28,168 nucleotides of DNA from Perkinsus olseni (GCA_013115125.1 JABANN010000060.1:62001-90168); one strand, 5' to 3'; counted from the first letter of the stretch, positions 1 to 11,098 are shown. The notes: a model not told the origin generated them from the letters alone. Numbers and translations: made by a program.

Positions 1-732
1 ACCTCGTTCGCCTGCCCTCCTGGCCCCGACTTCTTCGAGTACTTGAATGAGAAGTTGCCCTGGACTGACTGCGGCTACGTCGACGGTGGCTCCACTACTA
101 CTCCCAGTCCGATGCCCACCACCCCAGCCCCTACTCCTAGTACCACGACTGGGTCCTCTCGTCCCCATTACACTGCGGAGTCCATTCGGGCCGCCGACGT
201 CTTCTGTGGCAAGAAGGCCTCCGGTTCTTACTGCAAGTACTGGCAATCGGTGGAGGGTCAATTGTGTCACGGCACCGATATATCTTGCAGTAGCCTGTTG
301 GTTGAGGGGCGGAGGTTGACCGTCTCCGATGCCGACTCCGAGACTTGCTGGGCTCGTCTCGGTTCTACCATCGCTGAGAGATCGGTTCATGTCTGGACTG
401 ATGAGGCCGTCACCCCCAAGGGCGTTGAAGTCATCGATACAACTACTCCAATGGCTGATGGTTCCGCTGGCGCCGCTCTGCTCCTTCCTAAGCCGTGGTA
501 CGTCGGTGGTGAGCACCCCGAGGACTTGGAGGCCTATGGCATCTACGACCCTGATGTTGAATCCATGAAGATGGCCAATCTTCCAGTTCGCCGTTGGTTG
601 GAGAAGACCCCCGCTGCCGCTCCTCCGTCCTCCTTCGTTCTGGCGTCTTTCGGCGAGGCTCCGAAGAAGACTGTTGGTCAGTTCTATGGACCGAAGGTCA
701 ATCCTCGCACCATCCTCGCTCTACATCAGTAG
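1..732 (+). CDS. 3' part of a gene (5' end outside window): Thr/Pro-rich linker, small Cys-rich module and C-terminal domain of unknown function; probably secreted
   Basis: Frame 1 is open from base 1 (TSFACPPGPDFFEYLNEK...) to TAG at 730-732, with strong C/T-ending codon bias. Contains a STTTPSPMPTTPAPTPSTTT linker, the Cys module FCGKKASGSYCKYWQSVEGQLCHGTDISC and a GRRL motif. Confidence 0.7.
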   Translation, partial: TSFACPPGPDFFEYLNEKLPWTDCGYVDGGSTTTPSPMPTTPAPTPSTTTGSSRPHYTAESIRAADVFCGKKASGSYCKYWQSVEGQLCHGTDISCSSLLVEGRRLTVSDADSETCWARLGSTIAERSVHVWTDEAVTPKGVEVIDTTTPMADGSAGAALLLPKPWYVGGEHPEDLEAYGIYDPDVESMKMANLPVRRWLEKTPAAAPPSSFVLASFGEAPKKTVGQFYGPKVNPRTILALHQ

Positions 733-1099
733 ACAAATTGTATAGTGAGAAGCTCCGGAGCGCCATCGAGGTGCTGGAGCTCGCTACAATGAGCCTTGTA
801 TATAGATGGCAATGATTGCCTGTATCTTCGTCTTTTGATACGTTCGTTGTCTATCCTCTTCCGTTGTGCTATATCCTATTTTGTCTTGCTATACGGTTCC
901 TCACTGTGTGCTATATCAGCACGCGAAAAAGCGATTTTCCAGCTTAGCTGTGTCGAGTTGTTAGTAGTGAGCGAAGCGATACTACCGCAGCGGTAGGGAA
1001 TCATCACTATATAGAACACAACATCATCGCATCGGAGGGTAGGAAATAGTAACAGCAAGTGGGGGCTAGTGGACAACTATCAAACACTCTTCGATTCAA

Positions 1100-1945
1100 T
1101 CATCTCATTCGACGTCTTTGATGCTCTCGCATTTCGGTTTCAGTGACTGGGGTCTCACTAACCTCCTTCCTCTTCATACGTTTTGCCCGATCTCGAAGTT
1201 TCTTCTCATCGGATACGAGCATTATTTTCGACTCAGTATCCGAAGGTCGCTTCTCGACGATCTCCTTAGGGACACTCTGGTAGAGCTCCGGGTCAGCCAG
1301 GGTGATCGAGTACTGACTGGGCTTGTAGTCCACCCGCTTCTCTTGTATATTCGAGAAGAAGTCGGTGAGAACTGTCTGGATGCCCGGGCAATCTCCGGCA
1401 GCGTTCTTGACCAGGACCACAGCATAGTCGGCGTCAGGGTTCTGAGCGACGGCAAGCTCATTCCGGGACATCTCAAATTTGATGGTGCCCTCAGACCGCA
1501 ACGTCCCCTTCACTTCAAGCCGAACCCAGCGGGGCCCGTCCTCCCTCGGCTTAGAGAAGACACCTTTGGTATCGAGAAACTCGAAGTCATACCCGAGCCG
1601 ATCGTCCAGGCCCTCCCGGCCATGTTCGGGATAGCAAGCAGTTCTTGCACTGGTCTTCCACCAGTCGAGCGAGAACTCATCACCATAGATCTCCTGGAGA
1701 GTGTGAGCCACGAAAAGCTCCGCCAGGATACCCGCGTCCTCCAGCTTGCCCTTTATAGCGGAGTCGAAGACCATTCGCAGACCATTGCCAGAATGACGTT
1801 GGTTCCGATAGAAGCGACCTTGAGGTGCTCTCAGTGGATGGTAGGAGCTACTCCGCGGAGCACCGGAGCTCGAGGACACAGCTCCGGCGCTGGGGAGGTC
1901 CTCGGCGGCGGAACCCGACGACAAAGATTCGGGAGAAGACGACAT
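1100..1945 (-). CDS. NO VEIN C-terminal (NOV_C/DUF3883) PD-(D/E)xK nuclease-domain protein; may be the last exon of the upstream gene
   Basis: Uninterrupted ORF with first ATG at 1945. The motif series GILAELFV...WWKTS...LGYDFEF...RLEVKGT...FEMSRNELAVA...DYAVVLV matches the DUF3883 consensus. Basic C-terminus (RAKRMKRK, QRRRMR). Confidence 0.75.
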   Translation of the reverse strand: MSSSPESLSSGSAAEDLPSAGAVSSSSGAPRSSSYHPLRAPQGRFYRNQRHSGNGLRMVFDSAIKGKLEDAGILAELFVAHTLQEIYGDEFSLDWWKTSARTACYPEHGREGLDDRLGYDFEFLDTKGVFSKPREDGPRWVRLEVKGTLRSEGTIKFEMSRNELAVAQNPDADYAVVLVKNAAGDCPGIQTVLTDFFSNIQEKRVDYKPSQYSITLADPELYQSVPKEIVEKRPSDTESKIMLVSDEKKLRDRAKRMKRKEVSETPVTETEMREHQRRRMR

Positions 1946-2082
1946 TCGGTGGAACCTGAGCGGACTAAGGTACCCTCCAACTACTTCCAACACGAAGCAA
2001 AAGACAAAGGGAGACGATTACTGTGCATCACATCCGATGGTCATGCGTGAAACATCAGAGCCTCGAGCCTGGCATCATCAGC

Positions 2083-4415
2083 CTACGCTCCGCTTCTATT
2101 CGGCCTATTGGTTGCCGGTGGTCGTGCTCCCTTCCCGCCTTGTTGCAGCAGCGGCCTCTGCAAGGCGCCTGGTCGTTGTGGTACTCGCGGTCTGCCATCC
2201 GGCGAGCCGCCCTTGCCGGGCAGCCCGATCGGTCTAGGTCGTCCATCCACGCCGGGTACTCGGGTTGGCGACGGCGAGCGAGCCGACCGAGACGCAGCCT
2301 TCGCCTTAGGTCGCGGCTGCACTTCCCGAACCATCGATGCTTTCGGCTCAGGCCTATCCACGAACAATAAATCGGACACCGAGACGCACTACCCCAACGA
2401 TGACCTTGCCGCTGCCACTGGTTGTTCCACACTGGGTTGTGGCTGCTTTGTAGGCAGGCTCTGCAAGGAGCCCTGGGGCCCTCCGGTCCCCGAAGAAGCT
2501 GCTGAGTTCACACTCGTCGCAGAGGCCCCCTCTTTGGCTGCTGCCCGCGCAGCCGCACGCTCCCGTTCCTCCTTCGACATAGACTGCATCAGTACGTGAT
2601 TATAATACTCGTTGATTTCCTCATCAGAATATCCCCTCAACCGTAGCTCGGCCTTCCATGCATCCATCCTGACTGGACACCCTCCCCCTCGGACTACACC
2701 CTCATCCTACTGCTCGCCGACAGGCCGACTCCTCCAGTACGCGAGTTTATCGTTCTCGCTCTTCTTCAACAGCCGACACTCAAGTCGCAGCAGTTCGAGA
2801 CCATCCACCCAGACCTCGCGATCTCTCCTGATCGTCCTGTACCGCTCCTCGATACTCTTGCCATCTGAACAAGTCATTACAGCGCACGCCCTGGTGATCG
2901 ATTTAACCCCGAGGTACTACCACTGTTTTTGTACTTGAAGGAGAAGTAGTTAGACTGAGCTGTATCTCGATGGACTGACGTAATGGAGAGCACTGAGATC
3001 ATCACATCTGGGTCCTCAGGATCTGCGAGTCTCTCATCCCGGGCGGAAATACCCTCCAGCCGCGCCCACCCTTCTCGAACTCCTTCCTACTTTCCCACAG
3101 ACACCAGTACCTGCTAGGGCCGTCTGTCACCCGATTTAAGCCACGCGGTCCACGACCATTTCTTCGGGACATAGTCCTTAGCCCAGCCCTTCTCCTGCGC
3201 CTTCCGTTTGAGGTCCTCAATATCAGGCTCGGAGTCGCTACTCCCTCGAGGCAAAAGCTGGCACACTGCGGCGAAGACCTCCGCTCCTCCTCCTCCACGG
3301 AGGCTTCGGGTGGATTTTCGTCGTTCGAGTCGGCCTTGTAGGACCGAGGCGAGCACCTTGACTTTTCTACTGCCCCCTAAATTCCGCAGTACCTCATCAC
3401 CCATCACGTTGAGGACCTCGCCATCTGCAAAGGAGAGGCATCCATGCACCTTACGGCCTGCCAGGCTACACAGCGCTGGGTGGAGGTCGGGGTCTAGTCC
3501 TTCGAGGAGAGGGTCTTCGTCCACATCAGAGTCATCAACAGTCCCATCCACTACGACAGGGATGGTAGTGACTGCTGCCTCCCACACGCTCACCCTTTCG
3601 GAATGTGAGAGAAATCTGACCGGCCACGCTGCCGTCTTTGGCATGGAGCTTGTGCCTGAGAAGGAGCCTCCGCATCGCTCCGCCCAGCTTTCACTACTCT
3701 TTTCTAACATTCAGGAATTTATCAGCCTGCTTGAAGAAGTGTTTGTCCACCGACCACTGCACGGAGCCGATCAGCGAGTCCGACCGCGGCCCGGACTTCC
3801 TGTCCATCAACGACAGCTTCACGTGTGAGCACCCCTGAGGGACTGCCAGCCGCCGCGTCTCCTCCCACTTGGCATTCTTGTTAACTGAGAGCGACAGAGA
3901 GTTCATCGACATAGCAATGGTTTGGCGGCCGACCCATCGTCTTGCACGATTCATACTTGGCTTCCACGGTAACATAGAGGTTTGCCTTACCCAGGAGGGA
4001 AGTGTTGCGGAAGTCCTTTGCCGAATGCACTGTGATCATTATGAAGAAGCCTGGGTGCTACGGGAGAAGTTACGAGACACCGTGGAGATGGTACCAACCT
4101 TATCGATCCCCCAGGCCAGAAAGAGTCTATCAATTCCACAGAAGGCCCGAACGTCGAAGCCCTTCCAGCACTGCTTACACTTGGCGAAGCACCATCGTAG
4201 ACTGAGCAAGGCCGCGGAGAGAACTTCTTGTGGGAACGCAGAGGAGAGAAGGGCCCGGGCAAAGTCACCATTACCCACCAGAAGCCGCATACAGCGAAGA
4301 TCGCGAAGACGCTGGCAGCAGAGCCGGCCGCTCCGAGCAGGCCTCCACTCGGGATCATCATCGACATCACATTCCCTCCGACCCCCGCCACAGCTCGCGC
4401 TGCTCCCACTGACAT
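2083..4415 (-). CDS. Multi-exon C2 + PH-like domain protein, CERLI1/RASP2-like, with hydrophobic/Cys-rich N-terminus and low-complexity C-terminal tail
   Basis: Hand-spliced GT-AG exons give: ATG 4415 MSVGAAR...SVFAIFAVCGFCLRWCFAKCKQC...LAWGIDK|HPGFFIMITVHSAKD (C2 start)...KWEETRRLAVPQG...LIGSVQW...GQISLTFRK; then PH-like KKWYWCLWES...VLSITSVHRD...FSFKYK...RDREVWVDGLELL. A 42-nt phase-matched intron (2669-2710) joins ...PVGEQ to MDAWKAELRLRGY, and one further intron leads to TAG at 2083. Confidence 0.6.
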
Positions 4416-4565
4416 ATTGGGAAGGTAGGCTGGTAGAATGCTGTTTGTAGAACGCAAGAAGCGTGTGAGGAGAGAGAAGCTTCTTCAGTATATTTACGTC
4501 CTTATTGATAACTAATGTGCACACTTACGTAGTTGGGCCAACAGCAACGACCACACCATCATCAC

Positions 4566-4567
<2 letters not shown>

Positions 4568-4600
<33 letters not shown>
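4568..4600. repeat. (CTG)11 / (CAG)11 microsatellite just 3' of the GMP synthase stop
   Basis: Eleven perfect CTG units read directly, 13 nt past the GMPS stop codon. Confidence 0.95.
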
Positions 4601-4601
<1 letters not shown>

Positions 4602-4613
4602 GGGAGAGGTCAG

Positions 4614-7135
4614 CTACTCCCATTCGATGGTAGCCGGCGGCTTGGAGGAGACGTCGTATCTGTCGAACAGAGAAAGATGTGCGCAGAGGAGCGGTCGAGA
4701 GGATACTTACACAACGCGATTGATTCCCTTGCACTCGTTGATAATACGAGTACTGATGCGGCCTAGCAGGTCATAGGGCATCTGATACCAATCGGCAGTC
4801 ATGAAATCGGTGGTTTGAACCTGAGACACCGATGATGGTGACGAAGACCGGTCGTTGGTGATGGCTACAGCCCGGAGAACGAGGGTTCTCTCGTAGGTAC
4901 GTTGGTCGCCCATCACTCCAACTGAACGGACGGTGGGTAGGAGGACCTGAAGGGAGCGTCTCGGAGACAGCTCGGGTGAGTTCGATCAGCGTACAGCGAA
5001 GGCCTGGCCGATGTTGTCGTACTGGCCGCTGGCATGGAGCTCCTCCATGTAGATAGCGTCAGCTTCACGGAGCAGGTCTAAGAGGGGACCACTGCGCTCA
5101 CTGTAACAGCTGCGGCCGAGCTCACCAGCCTTCTCCTTGTCCACCGAGTCGATGATCCTGATAGCAAGGCCCGGGCCCGGGAAGGGATGGCGGTTGACCG
5201 AATCGGCGTGAAGACCTGACAGCACGTCGACTGCACGACGGGTGGGAGGAAGGTGAACATACCAAGTTCAAGCCCCAGCTTCCTGACCTCGTCCTTGAAC
5301 AGCAGTCTGAGGGGCTCAAGGATCTGCATCTTCATTCGGGCAGGGAGGCCGCCGACGTTGTGATGCGTCTTGATGGTGCCTGAAGCATGGGGAGCCTATG
5401 ATGGAAGCCCTCCGGGCCTGTAGAACTCACTCGAGGGTCCCTTGTAAGAGGTGGACTCGATGACATCAGGGTAGAGGGTACCCTGGAGGAGGACGCAATT
5501 GGCAGGGTCCAAGTTCATGTTGTTGATGGCCTTCTCGAAGCTGTCAATGAAGAGGCCGCCAATGATCTTCCTCTTCCTCTCGGGTTCCTTGACGTCCTTC
5601 AGCTTCGCCATGAAGTCCTCGCTAGCGTCGAGGACTTGTAGGTTGAGGCCAGGGAGATGGGAGTCCAAACGCTCCTTCACCTCGCTGGCTTCGTTCTTAC
5701 GCAAGAGTCCGGTATCCACCAAGAAGGGATGGAACCTGGGTGAATCGATTACCCACATTATGACCACCATCATCCCTCACTTGTCTCCCAACGCTTTGTA
5801 AACCAAGGCTGCGGCGACTGAGCTATCAACACCACCAGAGACAGCAGCAATGACATGCTTGTCTCCCACCACACCTGAGCCAGCAACAATTACCTGCACG
5901 GAAGAACACAAAAACTGTCCCCACGCTTGATTCTCTCCAACTCCTTGTGCACGAAGTTCTGCATGTTCCACTGGGGCTTGCAGCCACAGATGACAACCGC
6001 GAAGGCCCTGAGCATCTCCGCGCCATCAACGCTGTGAGTGACCTCTGGGTGGAATTGGATACCGAACCTGATACGACCAACATCCCACCAAAACCAGTAC
6101 ACCTTCCTTTACATCTTCCTCCCATCGGTGGCCTGGATGACGGCATGCTCGCAAGTGTCAGTGCTGCCCACGATCTCGAAGCCCTCAGGCAGCTTCGTCA
6201 CCTTATCTCCATGAGACATCCACACTCGAGTGGCATCTGAACAGAGAGCCTCGCGCCCCCCTCGCCCAGCAGCCGCGCACTTACTGCCGTCGATGCCGGT
6301 GAAGAGGCCTTGACGCTTCTTGTCTTCCTTGAAGTGAACGACGGCATGGCCGTACTCTCTCTTCTTGCCAGGTTCCACTCTACCACCATGAGTATACCTA
6401 AACTCCATCTTGCAATCTTGCACAATCTTGCAATTCCTCAACTTACACCATCTCCTGCATTCCATAGCAGATACCGAGAACGGGGATCCTGTTAGTATCG
6501 ATCCACTCCCAGACCCCGGGGGCGAGATGAGGGCTTCCCTCGTCGTACACCGAGCTAGGGCCGCCGGACAGGATCACACCAGCGGGGCCAAACTTCTTGA
6601 TCTGATGGTAATGAAAGCGACTGTAAGACGCAACCTCCCCTCGGTCATTGGTATCGGGCGCAGAACCTAGTTCAGAGCGGGTCGGGTGAATTGCAGCTTT
6701 CACTATTCACCCTCGAACAGAGCGCACATCCATTCGAGGCGGGAAAATCTCGAGGAGTCAGAAAATATTCCAGCGTCCCAGGCCCTCGTGCATGGAACAC
6801 TGGAAACCACATGATGAGGTAGAACGGAGCTAAGCACACGATTGAGCAGCTTACCTCATCGACAGTGGCCAGACAGGACCTCAGCTCTGAGTACACGCCG
6901 ATGTCACGACAACGACGGCAGATCAAATGGGAGAACTGGGAGCCGAAGTCCAATACTAGGATACGGGAGAGTCTGAATATGGCACATGACCCAGGTTCGA
7001 TCCCCACACCCCGCATTTCTACCCCTCAGAAACCTCCAAGCCCTCCTCAGTATGATGACCGGACAAGTCCCTGAGATTGGGGATATCGCGGTCGTCGACG
7101 GTACTGCTGCCATTGCTGTTGCTGGTATTAGACAT
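4614..7135 (-). CDS. GMPS: GMP synthase (glutamine-hydrolysing), multi-exon
   Basis: Motifs [28 protein letters not shown] (catalytic Cys), [15 protein letters not shown] (His-Glu), [10 protein letters not shown] (PP-loop), [32 protein letters not shown] and C-terminal [14 protein letters not shown]. All are joined by GT-AG introns; ATG at 7135, TAG at 4614-4616. Confidence 0.97.
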
Positions 7136-7291
7136 TAATGAGACGTGGTAGTAGAAGAAGAAGCAGAAGGAATCAGCCAGGAATGGTAACTTCACCGAAC
7201 TCCAGCTTCCATGCGCCCCAACACAATTCCCTATCGCGACCACAATGTGCGCGTATAATAGTACGTTACGTAGACTGCAGCACGCCTTCGG

Positions 7292-8942
7292 CTACCGCCT
7301 TCGCCCTAGGTTGTGCTTCGGTTTCACCTCAGCCTCGTGTACCTTGGGGAATCCTGTGGAAGGCAGCAAGAACAGGCAGAGGACTCTACCTTATGGATGA
7401 GGATTTTGGTGACGGGATAGTTCTTGGCAAACTCGTAACCCTTACTCCAGTCGTTACCTAACGAATGTTTGTCTCTGTTTCTAGCAAGGATCAACCTCGG
7501 ATACTACCAACAGCATAGGCCAGCATATCGCCCTGAGTGCTGAACTTGGCTGCTGTGAGAGGGTAGTGGCAATTCTGGAAGGCCTTCAGCCGTTGCTTCT
7601 GCTCCTTATCCCAGATCATGAAAGTACCGTCACCACCCGCCGTCACAAATGTACCTACAAGAACGTATATTTCGACCTCATCGATCGCAAGAGCGAGTAC
7701 TGAAAGTCGGATGGAAGTCCACAGCGTTGACCGGATAGATCTCATCGTTTGTCCCTAACAAAAATCATATCAAGCCCAATCTGAGCTCATCCTGAAGGGC
7801 CTACTATGGCACTTGAACGTGAAGGACTTGTCTTTCATATTCTCCTCGACGTAGGCGATAGAGCAGCGGCCTTCAATACTCGCTATCTGACAAGAACGTC
7901 AGGCTGCTGTTCGGGACGGTCGCGGCGGCGGCCTCTTTCCTACAGCGTATCCACTTTTCTCTGGGAAGCACGCTACACAACGTGTCTGCATCTTCAGCTG
8001 ACTCTGGATGCTCTTATAGGGGTTGGGGTTTTGGGTCAGCGTTTGAAGATTGTAAACCACCACATGACGATCGGCGGTGGCGCAGACCAGAAGCGGGAAA
8101 CTGACAGTAGAAGAAGGGAGTGGGTCGGAGGGCACTGAGGTCAGCTGCTCCACTCACTTGCAGTCCATCGCGTACAGGCGTTCGGGGAGCTGCAGTGTCG
8201 CGACGGGATTGGGTTGACCGGGGGACCAGAACCGCAAGGACTTGTCCCACGACCCGGATATGCACATTTTCATCTCCTCTACCCATACAACTTTCTTAAC
8301 CTGACGATACACAGAGAAGCATCAACGGAAGTACTGGGCGCCAAGGAGATGGGCAATCACCACAGGGCGGCCCACGGGCAACGACAAAGCAGCAACTGTT
8401 TCACGAGAGCGCTGCTCCTAGACCAGATTCCCGGTCCTTACCGGTGCGTCATGTTGTCCAATCTGCTGATCTCGCTGGGCTTGTAGATTATACATCTTAA
8501 CCTTATTATCACACCCAGCTGATATAACATTAGCCCCGTCCTTCGTGAAGCAGCAGGACAGCACCGGCGCTTCATGACCATACCTAATCTTCACCAACTC
8601 CTGCCCTCTACCGCCGCCAGCAGGACCTACGCTAGCTTGGGAGTAGCCTGGATAGTGTTCGAGCCAGAAGAACCTCCGAAGGCACTGGTACTAGCCTGCG
8701 TCGCAACTTCCCATATCCGAACTTGCTTGTCCCAAGACGCGGCGGCCAGGACGTTGGCAGTCGGGGACCATGCGAGCTCGCTGACAGTATCACCAGGGGA
8801 CTGTGCCACCTCGTGACCTGACGAGGACTGGAAGGAGAGGGCGAGGGGCGAGAAAGGGCCTACTGTTATTCGTGTTGGGATTTTTCGGGGCGACAGCGCC
8901 GCTGCCAAAACCACCGCCACCGAATGCGCTGCTGCCGAACAT
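7292..8942 (-). CDS. RAE1: mRNA export factor Rae1/Gle2 (WD40), multi-exon
   Basis: MFGSSAFGG...DTVSELAWSP...AASWDKQVRIWEV, HEAPVL, HDAPVK, SGSWDKSLRFW, LPERLYAMD, QTRCVACFP, SIEGR, FTFKCHR, IYPVNAVDFHP, TAGGDGTFMIWDK...RLK, AYAVGNDWSKG. The DWSKG motif favours Rae1 over Bub3. Confidence 0.93.
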
Positions 8943-9133
8943 TATACCACTGTAGCTTGCTCTTCTTGGCTTCCAGCAGTAGGAGGGGTATCAAGCGTGG
9001 AGGAAATGCAAGAGAGCAAGTGAAAGACCTCCCACTGAAAATAAAGACCTCCCTCATTGGCCCTCACTAGAACGCGGAAGTATCTTATATCGCAGAAAGT
9101 CATGCTTAAATTCGGGCGCCCCTCAGAGGCTGT

Positions 9134-10559
9134 CTAGAGCTCCTCCCGATTGTCCTCAATTATGAGACCACGATTGGCGAAGACTTTACGTCGTGGACGC
9201 TTAGCCGCGTTGAACATAGACTGCAAACTTGGCTGGGACAGTCTCCTGCTATTATTACCGCCACTCACGTTCTCGTCATTACCTGAAGATACGTCCCTAC
9301 CTATTTCGTATCTTTCCCGAATACCATCAGGATCCTCATGCCAATCGAACTCGATGGCTCGTTTTTTCTCCATCTCCTCAATAGTAGACCACGAAAATCT
9401 GATCTGCCTTGGGAATAGAAATACCGGGTCCATCGCCTAAGGCGCCTGCTTCGCACACTCAACCGCTATCGACCAGTAGTCCCACTTTTTCCATCCACTC
9501 AACCGTCTGTGCATCCCCTGGGTATCCACTGCCAACCTTGATGCTTCTACACTCCGATGCTACCGATTCAGCCTAAAGCGGTAGCCTCGCCCCAACGGCA
9601 GTACAACGGTCAGGCCAGGTCATCTCTCGTCACCATCATCCGTCTGCCGTATCGACCTCGACCGGCTCACCTCCGGATAATAAGATACCTCCACAAGCCT
9701 GTCTCGCACCACTTTAGCACAGATAGAGGCGGCAGAACAAATAGGGTAGATTGCATCGGCCTTCTTGCAAACCTGACCAGTCACCTTGCGCACGGGGTGG
9801 TCGTGATCAGACTTACCACGATGGTGTCCACTCCTCGGCGCTTGAAGATACTGCTGAGCTTACTCTGATATCTGTCCGGATCTCCAACCGTGTCAACGTA
9901 AACCTCCTTAATATTGATACCCTCAGAAAGGGCATGCTCTATAAGGCCGATTGCCGTGTCGTGTGATATCCTATTCAAATTCACCTTATTCCTGAACGAC
10001 CCATGAACAACGATACCACTCCTCCACCAACTCCTACTACCTCCGAAGCATTTTAGTGCTGATCTCATGAGCACTTAACACATGCACAGCGAACCCTAGT
10101 ACCCCGTCATCCTGGACGGCCTCCTTATGAATATCTTCGAAAAGTTTGCTTCGCTCCGCCTCTGATAACCGGGCCATACCAAGTCGAGTCCAACGGGCCT
10201 CTTACCAGTAAGCTGCTTAGAGTCGTTGAATCTCATCCTCCCGAGTGCGTCACTTTTCCCAACCTACCATCCCAACTCCCATTACACTCGACACTAGACC
10301 TTACCTCACTGATAGCAGCACCATAGACCATAGGGCCGAACACAGGGCCCCTACCAGCCTCATCAATGCCCAACTGATAGCGTCTAGGTTCACCGTCCTG
10401 AACGGGGGACGAACTAACTACTCCAACACTTCCAAACTTCAAAATCACCTTCGAGGATGAGCGACAGCATTGCAGCTGTGCGTAGATCCCGCCTCGTCGA
10501 ACTACATCCTGCGGAAGGTGAGAGAGGGCCGATGAGCCGCTATCAATCTCGCTCGACAT
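9134..10559 (-). CDS. RNASEH2A: Ribonuclease H2 catalytic subunit A, multi-exon
   Basis: [67 protein letters not shown] and [16 protein letters not shown]. The exact 5' start is less certain. Confidence 0.95.
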
Positions 10560-10701
10560 GACGGATCGCCAAGAAGAATGCTCGACGCCTTTGCCAGGAT
10601 TGCTTGCCCGCGGTTCTGGTAATATCGATCAGAATGGCGTGCGCTAAATTGACTGCGCATTATCCTGACGGGGTGAATGGCCAAAAGGGGGTGAAGGAAA
10701 G

Positions 10702-10914
10702 GTACAAAATCCAAGGAAGCACGTGCGACAGGGGAGCAAAATCAACAGAAAAAAGCCCTGGATTGCGGGTGAAGGTAGGAACAGGAAACCAGAAACCCCT
10801 CCCGAAAACCCAAAAGGGCAACCCGATCCCGGAACTGTTACCTAGGTCAACCAGAAACCCGAACTATTGCCCAGGTAATGCAGATCCCTGAAAACGCTTC
10901 CTTGGATTTTGTAC
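10702..10914. mobile_element. Candidate MITE: ~210 bp bounded by a perfect 19-bp inverted repeat
   Basis: GTACAAAATCCAAGGAAGC (10702-10720) is the exact reverse complement of GCTTCCTTGGATTTTGTAC (10896-10914). The ends can be read as TA or GTAC target duplications. The interior is non-coding and A/C-rich. Confidence 0.45.
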
Positions 10915-11065
10915 TTCTCCCTTGGATTTCGGGAATTACCCGGCCAAAAGGGTATTCGGGAGCTTAACAAAAAAAACAAAAACCGACCGGGCCATCGAGG
11001 CTTCCCCTCGGAGGAGGCTATTCGGTGTCGGACATGTCACGTGTCGCATGCGTTCGAGATAGGTC

Positions 11066-11098
11066 TAGTGATGGCTCATGAGTGATGAGTCATCACTA
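11066..11098. repeat. 14-bp stem hairpin with 5-nt loop
   Basis: TAGTGATGGCTCAT-GAGTG-ATGAGTCATCACTA, with one G.U pair on the + strand. Confidence 0.6.

Noticed and set aside
1118..2050. 310-aa + strand ORF overlapping the DUF3883 gene
   Set aside because: Antisense shadow of a GC3-rich gene; no motifs and a non-ATG start.
4533..4766. ORF with poly-Cys (and poly-Ser on the other strand)
   Set aside because: Translation artefact of the CTG microsatellite overlapping the end of GMPS.
4861..5320. Partial matches to the perkinsid/dinoflagellate spliced leader (ATGGCTAC at 4861, GGCTCAAG at 5313)
   Set aside because: Isolated 8-mers inside the GMPS gene; no full leader or SL RNA structure.
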